Shown one piece after another: positions 1 to 7,085 of a stretch of DNA of 64,000 bases. The number at the start of each line of letters is the position of its first letter. The first letter of the stretch is position 1. Where the stretch lies: the NCBI GenBank assembly GCA_028716725.1, contig JAQUPG010000007.1, forward strand, positions 10,205 to 74,204, written 5' to 3'. The notes beneath the pieces were generated by a model. It did no database searches, was not told the DNA's origin, and saw only the letters and a list, made by a program, of their open reading frames with translations. The DNA is from Patescibacteria group bacterium. Lineage in GTDB: Bacteria; Patescibacteriota; Patescibacteriia; Patescibacteriales; JAQTRU01. The position numbers were made by a program, and so were the translations under genes.

Positions 1-445
1 TATCAATCTCGCTTTTGTCTATATCAATAAAACTGGCGCTTGTCCCGAATAAAAAAGCTTTTTTTAATTCATTGCCATAACTTACCTGTTCCTGCCCCAT
101 TATGCCCGCATAACCCTGGTTTATATTCGGCAGCTTATTGATGTCTTCCATATCCTTCAAAGTTAAAGTAGTTACCTGCACACCGGTCGCTAAATTGGCT
201 CCGGACTGGGCTTCTCCGGCCGTGCCTTTTTTTGTGCTGGGAACTTTTATTTCCGTTTCAATTATATCTGAACCGCCAAAAGATTCCACTTCTCCCAAAA
301 TCAGGTTATTTATGCCTTCGCCGGCGGAAAAAACAATAATCACGCTGGCAATGCCGATGACCATACCCAAAACCGTCAGGCCGGTCCTGACTTTATTGGC
401 ATGCATTGCCTGCCAAGAAATCTTAATTGTGCTTCTAATATTCAT
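1..445 (-). CDS. ABC transporter permease, MacB/FtsX family (C-terminal part lies beyond the window start)
   Basis: Absent from the ORF track because it runs off the edge. My minus-strand translation from the ATG at 445-443 gives MNIRSTIKISWQAMHANKVRTGLTVLGMVIGIASVIIVFSAGEG... This is the same N-terminal TM plus periplasmic-domain layout as the paralog at 510..1763. Confidence 0.75.
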   Translation of the reverse strand, partial: MNIRSTIKISWQAMHANKVRTGLTVLGMVIGIASVIIVFSAGEGINNLILGEVESFGGSDIIETEIKVPSTKKGTAGEAQSGANLATGVQVTTLTLKDMEDINKLPNINQGYAGIMGQEQVSYGNELKKAFLFGTSASFIDIDKSEID

Positions 446-464
446 AAACTTCTAAAGGTGAGTT

Positions 465-506
465 CGTTATGCGTTATGCGTTATGCGTTATGCGTTATGC
501 GTTATG
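465..506. repeat. Perfect tandem heptamer (CGTTATG)x6 between the two permease genes
   Basis: Read directly. Six perfect units end 3 nt before the TAG stop (510-512) of the upstream permease. Confidence 0.95.
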
Positions 507-509
507 CGA

Positions 510-1763
510 CTACTCGTAATGCAGCGCCTGCACCGGCTCTAGGTGGGAAGCCTTACGGGCCGGATACAGCCCAAAAACCAAACCGACCAAAGACGAGACT
601 CCCACGGCCAGAACAATGGAAATTAAGGAAACGGAAAATTCCCAGTCGTAGTCCAAAAAATTGGCGACGATTGATATTAAAAAGGAGACAACCGCCCCGA
701 TAACAATGCCGATTATTCCGCCGATTAAAGTTATGGCGACAGATTCAATTAAAAATTGGTTTGAAATATTAGAATTAGTGGCTCCGACCGCCTTGCGCAA
801 GCCGATTTCCCGCGTTCTTTCCGTCACGCTGACGAGCATTATGTTCATAATCCCGATACCGCCAACCAGCAGGGACAAAGCCGCCATGGCTGCCAAAAAA
901 TAGCGCAGGGCATCAGTAATAGTTTTTACCATATCCAAAGCCTGAGCCGCGCTCCGGATCGTAAAATCGTCGCCAGCGCCGCTTTGGTCAAGAATATCAT
1001 GCCTTTCCCGCAAAGTAATAGTTACTTCTTCCATGGCTTCGGCAATGTTCTCTTCATAATCAACTTTAGCCCTGATCATATTAACGTGGTTAACCCCGAG
1101 CATCAGCTTCTGCATAGTCCGGATGGGAAGAAATATTTTGTCATCATAATCCTGAAAAGCGACCGTCCCTCTTTTAGCCATGACTCCGATTACTTCAAAG
1201 GTATGCTTTTTAATTTTTATCCTTTGGCCAACCGCATCAGATTCGCCGAAAAGTTCCTCTTTAACCGTACTGCCCAAAACTACTACTTTAGCTAAATTTT
1301 TTTCTTCCTCCTCGGAGAAAAAACGCCCTTTGGCCACTTCTCCGCCTTCCACCTCCATCATATCAGCCATACAGCCGCTTAAATTAGTATCATAAGTACG
1401 GGAGTCCCAGCTGGCCGTGCCCACGCCGTTTGAATAAGCGACCACGGCTGCTAAATGGGGCGCGTTTTTTTTGTCCCGCAAAGCTACGGCATCATCATAA
1501 GTAAGAGTTGTGATAACAATACCCATAGCTGAAGCCGGCGGACCTTCGTTTTCCGCTTTACCCGGCAGGACCCCGATTAAATTTGTGCCCAGACTTTTAA
1601 CCTGCGCCAAAATCAAACTTTGGGCTCCGGCCCCGACTGACATAATAATAATAACTGCTCCCACACCAATCACAATCCCAAGCATCGTTAAAAAACTTCT
1701 AACCTTATTAGCTAGAAGCGAAGTGGTAGAATTGCGAATACATTGTCTAATAATAGTTATCAT
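510..1763 (-). CDS. ABC transporter permease, MacB/FtsX family
   Basis: N-terminal TM, large extracytoplasmic domain, and a C-terminal FtsX region with GIMNIMLVSVTERTREIGLRKAVGA, the conserved MacB-type motif. Confidence 0.9.
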   Translation of the reverse strand: MITIIRQCIRNSTTSLLANKVRSFLTMLGIVIGVGAVIIIMSVGAGAQSLILAQVKSLGTNLIGVLPGKAENEGPPASAMGIVITTLTYDDAVALRDKKNAPHLAAVVAYSNGVGTASWDSRTYDTNLSGCMADMMEVEGGEVAKGRFFSEEEEKNLAKVVVLGSTVKEELFGESDAVGQRIKIKKHTFEVIGVMAKRGTVAFQDYDDKIFLPIRTMQKLMLGVNHVNMIRAKVDYEENIAEAMEEVTITLRERHDILDQSGAGDDFTIRSAAQALDMVKTITDALRYFLAAMAALSLLVGGIGIMNIMLVSVTERTREIGLRKAVGATNSNISNQFLIESVAITLIGGIIGIVIGAVVSFLISIVANFLDYDWEFSVSLISIVLAVGVSSLVGLVFGLYPARKASHLEPVQALHYE

Positions 1764-1830
1764 TTAAGCGCTTAACTAATAATCTAAAATTAAATTAGTT
1801 TCATGATTAAATGTAAATATACCTAAAATA

Positions 1831-1859
1831 TTGACATTTTCAAATTTTTATGCTTATAT
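1831..1859 (+). promoter_or_regulatory. Sigma70-like promoter for the orphan gene at 1912
   Basis: TTGACA (1831-1836), 17-nt spacer, TTATAT (1854-1859). The SD aaaggagag precedes the ATG. Confidence 0.55.
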
Positions 1860-1911
1860 TTAATTAAGAAAATTGCTTTCAGTATTACAACGCCCATAAA
1901 AGGAGAGGCAC

Positions 1912-2478
1912 ATGAAAAAGCGAATCTTCTATGTGGCAGTTGCTCTGGTTGCCATAGTCGTCGGCCTCTTATATTTCCAGAAGCCGGCTGTCGAGCACGT
2001 AAATAGTTCCGGCGAAATTTCCCAGGTACCATCCGCGCCGGATACGATCAGGGCGGAAAAAATAAAACAGTTCTTTGGATTCGCGGCAGAATACCAAAAA
2101 CAGAATGGGAAACCGCTCTCACGTGACTCGCGGGCAAACGAAGTCGTGTGGTATCGGACTTATCTATGTTTTATGGAAATGGAGCGTTCATACTACTCCC
2201 TGAACGAAACAGAGAAATGTTCGATCTTCGCTACTGATCAAAAATTGCCAAAGGGTATAAAAATCAGTGAAGGCGAGCCGCTGATTGAAGTCGCGGGTGT
2301 TTCCCTGATAAGCGGAAATCCGCGGGAAGATTTCGAGTCTTTCCTCGAAAATAGCTACGTGGAGATCGACTACATGTCGGGATGGTCAATGTTTCAGGAC
2401 GGTAGCACCTGCACAAAAGTCACCAATGATTATTACGACGAGCTTGAGGCGAAGGGCCTCAAGGTTGTCCGAGATTAG
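1912..2478 (+). CDS. Hypothetical membrane-anchored protein (opposite-strand orphan inside the ABC operon)
   Basis: N-terminal hydrophobic helix RIFYVAVALVAIVVGLLYF. It has its own promoter, SD and terminator, and its G+C is visibly higher than its neighbours. I recognise no motif. Confidence 0.6.
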   Translation: MKKRIFYVAVALVAIVVGLLYFQKPAVEHVNSSGEISQVPSAPDTIRAEKIKQFFGFAAEYQKQNGKPLSRDSRANEVVWYRTYLCFMEMERSYYSLNETEKCSIFATDQKLPKGIKISEGEPLIEVAGVSLISGNPREDFESFLENSYVEIDYMSGWSMFQDGSTCTKVTNDYYDELEAKGLKVVRD

Positions 2479-2501
2479 CATCTCTTTTTAAAGGAATCAA
2501 G

Positions 2502-2531
2502 GAGCCTGTTGTCCGCGCAGGCTCTTCTTTT
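2502..2531 (+). terminator. Rho-independent terminator of the 1912 gene
   Basis: gagcctg-ttgtccgcg-caggctc followed by ttctttt. It overlaps the stop of the convergent ATPase gene. Confidence 0.7.
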
Positions 2532-3252
2532 ATTTCAATATTTCCCCATCTCTGGCTATTCTTCTGTTAGCCACTTTAAAGTCATCAAAAATCAACCCGT
2601 CTTTTATCTTTATTATTCTGTCCGCGTGTTCGGCCGTATAAGTTTCATGAGTGACTAAAATTATAGTATTGCCGGCATCATTAAGCTTCTGCAGAATTTC
2701 CATAACCTGCACGCCGGATTTGGAGTCCAGGTTCCCGGTCGGCTCATCGGCAAAAACCACGGAAGGATTATTGACCAAAGCCCGGGCGATCGCCACTCTC
2801 TGCTTTTCTCCGCCGGAAATCTGGTTGGTAAAATAATTTAACCGGTGCTTGAGGCCCACGCTTTCCAAAACTTCTCTGGCCCTCTTATCAGGGTCATTTT
2901 TATTTTCAGAATAAATCAGGGGCAGCTTTACATTATCTAAAACCGTTGTCCGGGGAAGCAAATTAAAAGCCTGAAAAACAAAACCGATTTTTTTATTGCG
3001 CAAACTTGCCAATTCGTCATCGCTTAAATCATTCACATTTTCCTTTTCCAGTTCATAGGTTCCGCTCGTTGCCCTGTCAAGCAAGCCCAAAATGTGCATT
3101 AGGGTAGATTTGCCGGATCCGGACGGCCCCATAATCGCCACAAAATCACCTTTGTCTATACTAAAAGAAAGGCCGTGCAAGACTTTAGTCACGACCTCTT
3201 CTGTCCGATATTCTTTTTTTAAATCTTTTACTTGAATTAATGGGGTTGACAT
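2530..3252 (-). CDS. ABC transporter ATP-binding protein (MacB/LolD-type)
   Basis: Walker A GPSGSGKST, signature ISGGEKQRVAIARAL, Walker B VVFADEPTGNLD. Confidence 0.95.
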   Translation of the reverse strand: MSTPLIQVKDLKKEYRTEEVVTKVLHGLSFSIDKGDFVAIMGPSGSGKSTLMHILGLLDRATSGTYELEKENVNDLSDDELASLRNKKIGFVFQAFNLLPRTTVLDNVKLPLIYSENKNDPDKRAREVLESVGLKHRLNYFTNQISGGEKQRVAIARALVNNPSVVFADEPTGNLDSKSGVQVMEILQKLNDAGNTIILVTHETYTAEHADRIIKIKDGLIFDDFKVANRRIARDGEILK

Positions 3253-3321
3253 TTATTTATATTTATGTTAATTTATTCTGTTGAACTTTCAAAACTAAAC
3301 CACAATTCCTAGGAGGAAGCC

Positions 3322-4149
3322 ATGAAAAAGCTGACATTCTTTTCGCTCGTCATTCTTTCCCTGTTTCAGTTCGGGAGTACAGTCTGGAGCATGGGGTTAA
3401 AACTCCCCGAGCTTCCGGAAACGGTGGCAGAGTTTTCTCTTCCCGAGAATAATATTTCCCTCACCGATTCTTCTTCGCCAAAATCTTTTCCTAATCTGGC
3501 TGAAGGCGGAGAAAGCCAATTTTCTTCTGGCTACTGGTCAAGCGACCTTTATCCAAAGGCAATTGCCAGGGATGGAGTCTGGGATAAAGTCAAGAGAACC
3601 TGGAACGGAGAGATAGCTTACGTTATTGAAAAAATAACTGGGAAAGGCAGAAGTAATATTTTTATCTGGACCGGTGTTCATTCTTTTTTTGATTCTATCA
3701 CCGATGCCAAGGCCCATTCTCGCGGGAAAATGAAATATTTTTCCGGCGACGATGATTGGCATATGTGGAAGAATTGTCGAGATTTTTCCCTCGTAATGCT
3801 GATGCTAAATGAGGGAAACCGAATATTCACAGAAAAATTAACAGCCAAGGGGGCAGCGGGAGATCTTGCGTGTATTGCTTTTTGGAGATTTGTAATCCAT
3901 AACTCTGTAATGAAAATTTCCAAGGGCGGATTTCCCGCCTATAATGACCCCTATTATAATCAACATGCTTTACCATACTGGGGGTTAGACGGGAAAGACC
4001 ATTATATCGCCACCGGCCGCTGGTCTACTCCGATCTGCGACATCATATCCGTAACAGCGGCGATTTACCTGCTGAAACAACCTGAAACTCCCATCTTGAA
4101 CAAAATCTCTGTTTCAGATGGAATGGTTGGTTTCAGAACGACGTGGTAA
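3322..4149 (+). CDS. Hypothetical secreted protein (opposite-strand orphan inside the ABC operon)
   Basis: Signal-peptide-like N-terminus MKKLTFFSLVILSLFQFGSTVWS. SD ctaggaggaagcc before the ATG, its own terminator, and higher G+C than its neighbours. Confidence 0.65.
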   Translation: MKKLTFFSLVILSLFQFGSTVWSMGLKLPELPETVAEFSLPENNISLTDSSSPKSFPNLAEGGESQFSSGYWSSDLYPKAIARDGVWDKVKRTWNGEIAYVIEKITGKGRSNIFIWTGVHSFFDSITDAKAHSRGKMKYFSGDDDWHMWKNCRDFSLVMLMLNEGNRIFTEKLTAKGAAGDLACIAFWRFVIHNSVMKISKGGFPAYNDPYYNQHALPYWGLDGKDHYIATGRWSTPICDIISVTAAIYLLKQPETPILNKISVSDGMVGFRTTW

Positions 4150-4170
4150 TGTCAAAGTCGACCATTACAA

Positions 4171-4199
4171 GGGCGGTTCAAGTGCGAGCCGCCTTTTTT
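4171..4199 (+). terminator. Rho-independent terminator of the 3322 gene
   Basis: An 8-bp stem (4172-4179 / 4186-4193), a 6-nt loop, then T6 (4194-4199). Confidence 0.75.
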
Positions 4200-4327
4200 A
4201 ATCCCGCACCTTTTAGGCGATTAAATATTTTGAATTTTGAAATATTTAGTTGTTATAATTAATTATTTTGGCAGCTAGTTATTTAGGTATTTAACGTGCA
4301 AGCGTTTCGCCTAAAAGGTGCGGGATT
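4200..4327. repeat. MITE-like element, copy 1: 21-bp perfect terminal inverted repeats around an 86-nt AT-rich core
   Basis: aatcccgcaccttttaggcga (4200-4220) is the exact reverse complement of tcgcctaaaaggtgcgggatt (4307-4327). The right arm abuts or overlaps the stop codon of the HlyD-like gene. A related copy lies at 38855-38956. Confidence 0.8.
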
Positions 4328-6239
4328 AATTCCCGTCTTTTACAAAAGTTATTGCCTGATCCCCTTCTTTAACTCCGGAAAGAACTTCAACCATGCCCTC
4401 GTCCCCCTGCAGGCCGATTTTTACCGGCATCTCAATGGCTTTTTGGCCGACCAAAATTCTTGCATATTTATCTCCGCCGTTTTTTTCCACGACCGCGCGG
4501 GAAGGCATTATTAAAACATTATCTCTGAAATTAGTGGTAATAATAACATTAGCGGTCATGCCTGATTTTATCCCGGCCATTTTTGTCTCATCTTTTTCCG
4601 TAAATTGGATTTTAACCTTATAGTAAGTCACGTCCTGGATAATTGTTTCTGCCGGCTCTATTGAATAGACTTTTCCAAAAAATTTCACCCCGTCGCCAAA
4701 AGCGTCCAAAGTAATTTCGACCGGGTTGTCCTTTTTTACCTTAGTAATATCAGCTTCCGAAATATCAACTTCAATTTCGAAATTATTTTCACCCAGGATG
4801 GCTATGGCTGGTTTGGCCGCCGTTGCCTGCTCCCCTAATTCATATTCAATCCTCACAACCGTCCCGTCTATCGGCGCTTTTATAATACTATCTCCAATTT
4901 GCTCTTTTGCCAAAGCCAAAGCGGCTTCGGCTTGTTTAACCTGGGCCCGATATAAAGACACGTCCTGAATCCTGGCTGGCGATTTAAGATTTTCTAGCTG
5001 GGCTTTTGCCACCTGCCAGGCTTCCAAGCTCGTATCAACCTTTGACTGAGCGGCCGCTACCTTCTGATCCCCGGCCAGCCGGACAGACGCTAAAGAATTT
5101 TTAGCTGACTTTATGGCATTAGCCAAATCTATTTTCGCTTTAGCCAAATCATCTTCAGCTCCGGTTACTTCTGTTTGGTAGGTTAAAACCGCATCCTCTA
5201 AATTGTGCTGCGCCGTTTGAACGGCGGAAATGGCCGTGCTAATAGCCGTAATCTGAGTGCTGATTGAGGTTTTGTAAACATCTAATTCGGTTTGGGTAAA
5301 AGCGGAGGAAACAACGCTGTTTTCCAAAGCCTTATAACAATAATCAAGGGCTTCAAAAACTTTATTTAGAGCCGTCAGGCAATTTTGGCTGGCGGTGATT
5401 ACCGCCGAATTGGTTTGAGCTGTTTTAGCCGTAGCTAAGCTGTTATTGGCCGCTGTCAGCAATTCTACGCCATCGGCGTAGGAACTTACCGTACTGGGGA
5501 GATAACTTCTATTTTTAGCCTTAAGCGGTTCTTCGGCATCGCTGTCTTCTAAAATCGTATTTATATTATCAAGAGCCGTATTGGCTATCACTAATTTATT
5601 ATCAACAGTTGTTAAAGCTACGCTTCTTTTGTTGTTAATTGACTGCTCGTAGGTGCTTTTAGCATTGGCTAAGTCCGTCTCCGCTAAAGTCACGGCTTGT
5701 TCATATGAAGTAATGTCGTCCGCCTGATTTGATTCTAAATCAGCCAGACTTTTTTCCGCCTGGGAAATATCTTCGGCTGTAGTTTTTTCAATTTTATCCA
5801 GTTCCGCCAAATTGGCTAAATAAGTGGCTTTAGCCTGGTCAACCTGGGCCTGGGAAACGGCAATTTCTTTAGAGGTGGCGCCGGCCAATAATTTATTCAA
5901 ATTAGCGTTAGCCACATCCAGATTAGCCTGCGCTTCCTGCTCTTTTATGGAAAACGAATTATAATCCAGCTCGGCCAGAACTTGGCCTTCCTTTACTTTA
6001 TCGCCCATTTGCACTGATATTTTTCCGACCTTCCCGCTTTGCAAAAAGCTTAATTCAATTTCCTGGGAAGATTTAACCGTACCCACTTCGCTTACGGTCT
6101 GGGTTAATTTACCCCTGGCCACCGTCACTGTCGTATATTCCGTTTTGTTTTTTTTGCCCATAATAAAAAATACGGACAAAGCCGCAATCGCCACTAAAAG
6201 TATCACTATAATTTTTATTCTTTTCCCGGTTATTTTCAT
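4326..6239 (-). CDS. HlyD/MacA-family membrane-fusion (periplasmic adaptor) protein with an unusually long coiled coil
   Basis: N-terminal TM. Lipoyl-like segment GKVGKISVQMGDKVKEGQVLAELD. About 350 aa of Ala/Gln/Leu-rich heptad-like sequence. C-terminal beta-barrel-like region ...GTVVRIEYELGEQA... It is adjacent to the MacB-type ATPase and permeases. Confidence 0.85.
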   Translation of the reverse strand: MKITGKRIKIIVILLVAIAALSVFFIMGKKNKTEYTTVTVARGKLTQTVSEVGTVKSSQEIELSFLQSGKVGKISVQMGDKVKEGQVLAELDYNSFSIKEQEAQANLDVANANLNKLLAGATSKEIAVSQAQVDQAKATYLANLAELDKIEKTTAEDISQAEKSLADLESNQADDITSYEQAVTLAETDLANAKSTYEQSINNKRSVALTTVDNKLVIANTALDNINTILEDSDAEEPLKAKNRSYLPSTVSSYADGVELLTAANNSLATAKTAQTNSAVITASQNCLTALNKVFEALDYCYKALENSVVSSAFTQTELDVYKTSISTQITAISTAISAVQTAQHNLEDAVLTYQTEVTGAEDDLAKAKIDLANAIKSAKNSLASVRLAGDQKVAAAQSKVDTSLEAWQVAKAQLENLKSPARIQDVSLYRAQVKQAEAALALAKEQIGDSIIKAPIDGTVVRIEYELGEQATAAKPAIAILGENNFEIEVDISEADITKVKKDNPVEITLDAFGDGVKFFGKVYSIEPAETIIQDVTYYKVKIQFTEKDETKMAGIKSGMTANVIITTNFRDNVLIMPSRAVVEKNGGDKYARILVGQKAIEMPVKIGLQGDEGMVEVLSGVKEGDQAITFVKDGN

Positions 6240-6252
6240 AATCCAAAAAGTT

Positions 6253-6648
6253 TTATTTTATTTTTTCTATATTAGCAATAATCTTTTTAAATTTAGAAAT
6301 GAATTCATCAATATTGAAATCGTTTTTTATAAAATAATGCTTTATTCCCAGGTCTAAGCTTCGGCTCCGGCTATCCTCGTCGCTCAAGTTAGTAAAGATA
6401 AATATCGGCAGGAGAGAAATTTCTTCGTCCGCTTTTATGGCTTTTATCACGTCAAAACCGTCCACGGCCGGCAGAATTAAATCTAGAATTATAAAATCAG
6501 GCTTAAATTTTTTTATTTCTCTAAGCAAATCGCCAACTTCTATGTTGCCGCTGCTTGTCCCCACTAAAAACCCCTCCAGGCTTAATTTCGCCTGCAGACT
6601 GGATAAAATATTGGCGTCATCTTCAGCTATATAAATCCTTTTTGGCAT
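6253..6648 (-). CDS. Response regulator, receiver domain only (CheY-like)
   Basis: 131 aa. Acidic pocket IAEDDANIL, phospho-acceptor context IILDLILPAVDGFDV, conserved ...IFIFTNLSD...K. No output domain. Confidence 0.85.
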   Translation of the reverse strand: MPKRIYIAEDDANILSSLQAKLSLEGFLVGTSSGNIEVGDLLREIKKFKPDFIILDLILPAVDGFDVIKAIKADEEISLLPIFIFTNLSDEDSRSRSLDLGIKHYFIKNDFNIDEFISKFKKIIANIEKIK

Positions 6649-6654
6649 ATTAAT

Positions 6655-6683
6655 ATTATAGCAATATTAAAAATATTTTTCAA
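6655..6683 (-). promoter_or_regulatory. Sigma70-like promoter of the RR-HlyD-ABC operon (near-leaderless geometry)
   Basis: On the minus strand: TTGAAA (6683-6678), 17-nt spacer, TATAAT (6660-6655). Only 6 nt (attaat) separate the -10 from the ATG at 6648. Confidence 0.55.
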
Positions 6684-6693
6684 ATTCAAGGTG

Positions 6694-6715
6694 GGGGCAA
6701 TTCGCGAATTGCCCC
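6694..6715. repeat. 22-bp perfect palindrome ggggcaattcgcgaattgcccc just upstream of the -35
   Basis: Read directly. It lies between the peptide-gene terminator and the RR promoter. Confidence 0.85.
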
Positions 6716-6734
6716 TACTTATTATTTTTTAGGT

Positions 6735-6773
6735 TTTTAAAAAATTAAAAGGGGGGTATCTGCTAGATACCCC
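6735..6773 (-). terminator. Rho-independent terminator of the small peptide gene
   Basis: ggggtatct-gct-agatacccc (6753-6773), followed on the minus strand by ccttttaatttttt. Confidence 0.8.
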
Positions 6774-6809
6774 GCTTTTGCCTTCCTTTGGAGGCATTTC
6801 TCCGCTTGA

Positions 6810-6953
6810 TTACTCGTTGTTCTGGACGTCCGCATTGACGAGGTTGTAGCCGCGACCGTTCACCACCTGGTTGAATCCACTGTTGTTGCTGTTGTTACCG
6901 TTGTCCTGAGGGCGCCCGCGATTGTCGAGGGCGCCGGAGAGAATGGATTGCAT
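6810..6953 (-). CDS. 47-aa Asn/Gly/Gln-rich small protein (MQSILSGALDNRGRPQDNGNNSNNSGFNQVVNGRGYNLVNADVQNNE)
   Basis: Internal ATG of ORF 6810..7082, preceded by the consensus SD ttaaggaggaaaag. It has its own promoter and terminator. By my count 81 of 144 nt (56%) are G+C, with AAC strongly preferred over AAT. Confidence 0.65.
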   Translation of the reverse strand: MQSILSGALDNRGRPQDNGNNSNNSGFNQVVNGRGYNLVNADVQNNE

Positions 6954-7053
6954 CTTTTCCTCCTTAAGGAAAAAGAGCGTGATTGTTGTTTGAGGGCTTA
7001 GTGCTCTCAGCCTCCTTCCCGAAAGCTGCTCACAGCTTTTTGGGGTTATTTTT

Positions 7054-7082
7054 ATTATATAATATCTACTTGATTTTGCCAA
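7054..7082 (-). promoter_or_regulatory. Near-consensus sigma70 promoter of the small peptide gene
   Basis: On the minus strand: TTGGCA (7082-7077), 17-nt spacer, TATAAT (7059-7054). It starts right after the TAG stop of the upstream gene. A ~95-nt leader contains the hairpin aaagctgtgagcagcttt. Confidence 0.7.
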
Positions 7083-7085
7083 TGA

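Noticed and set aside
465-506. Short tandem repeat arrays (here and at 27845, 29542, 12661, 22691), considered as possible CRISPR arrays.
   Set aside because: The units are 7 nt with no spacers, several are inside CDS, and no cas genes are present.
4296-4514. A plus-strand 72-aa ORF starting (GTG) inside the MITE-like element, downstream of its promoter-like TTGAAT-17-TTATAAT.
   Set aside because: It is antisense to the HlyD gene 3' end, has no SD, and its translation is featureless. An antisense transcript is possible, but a protein product is not supported.
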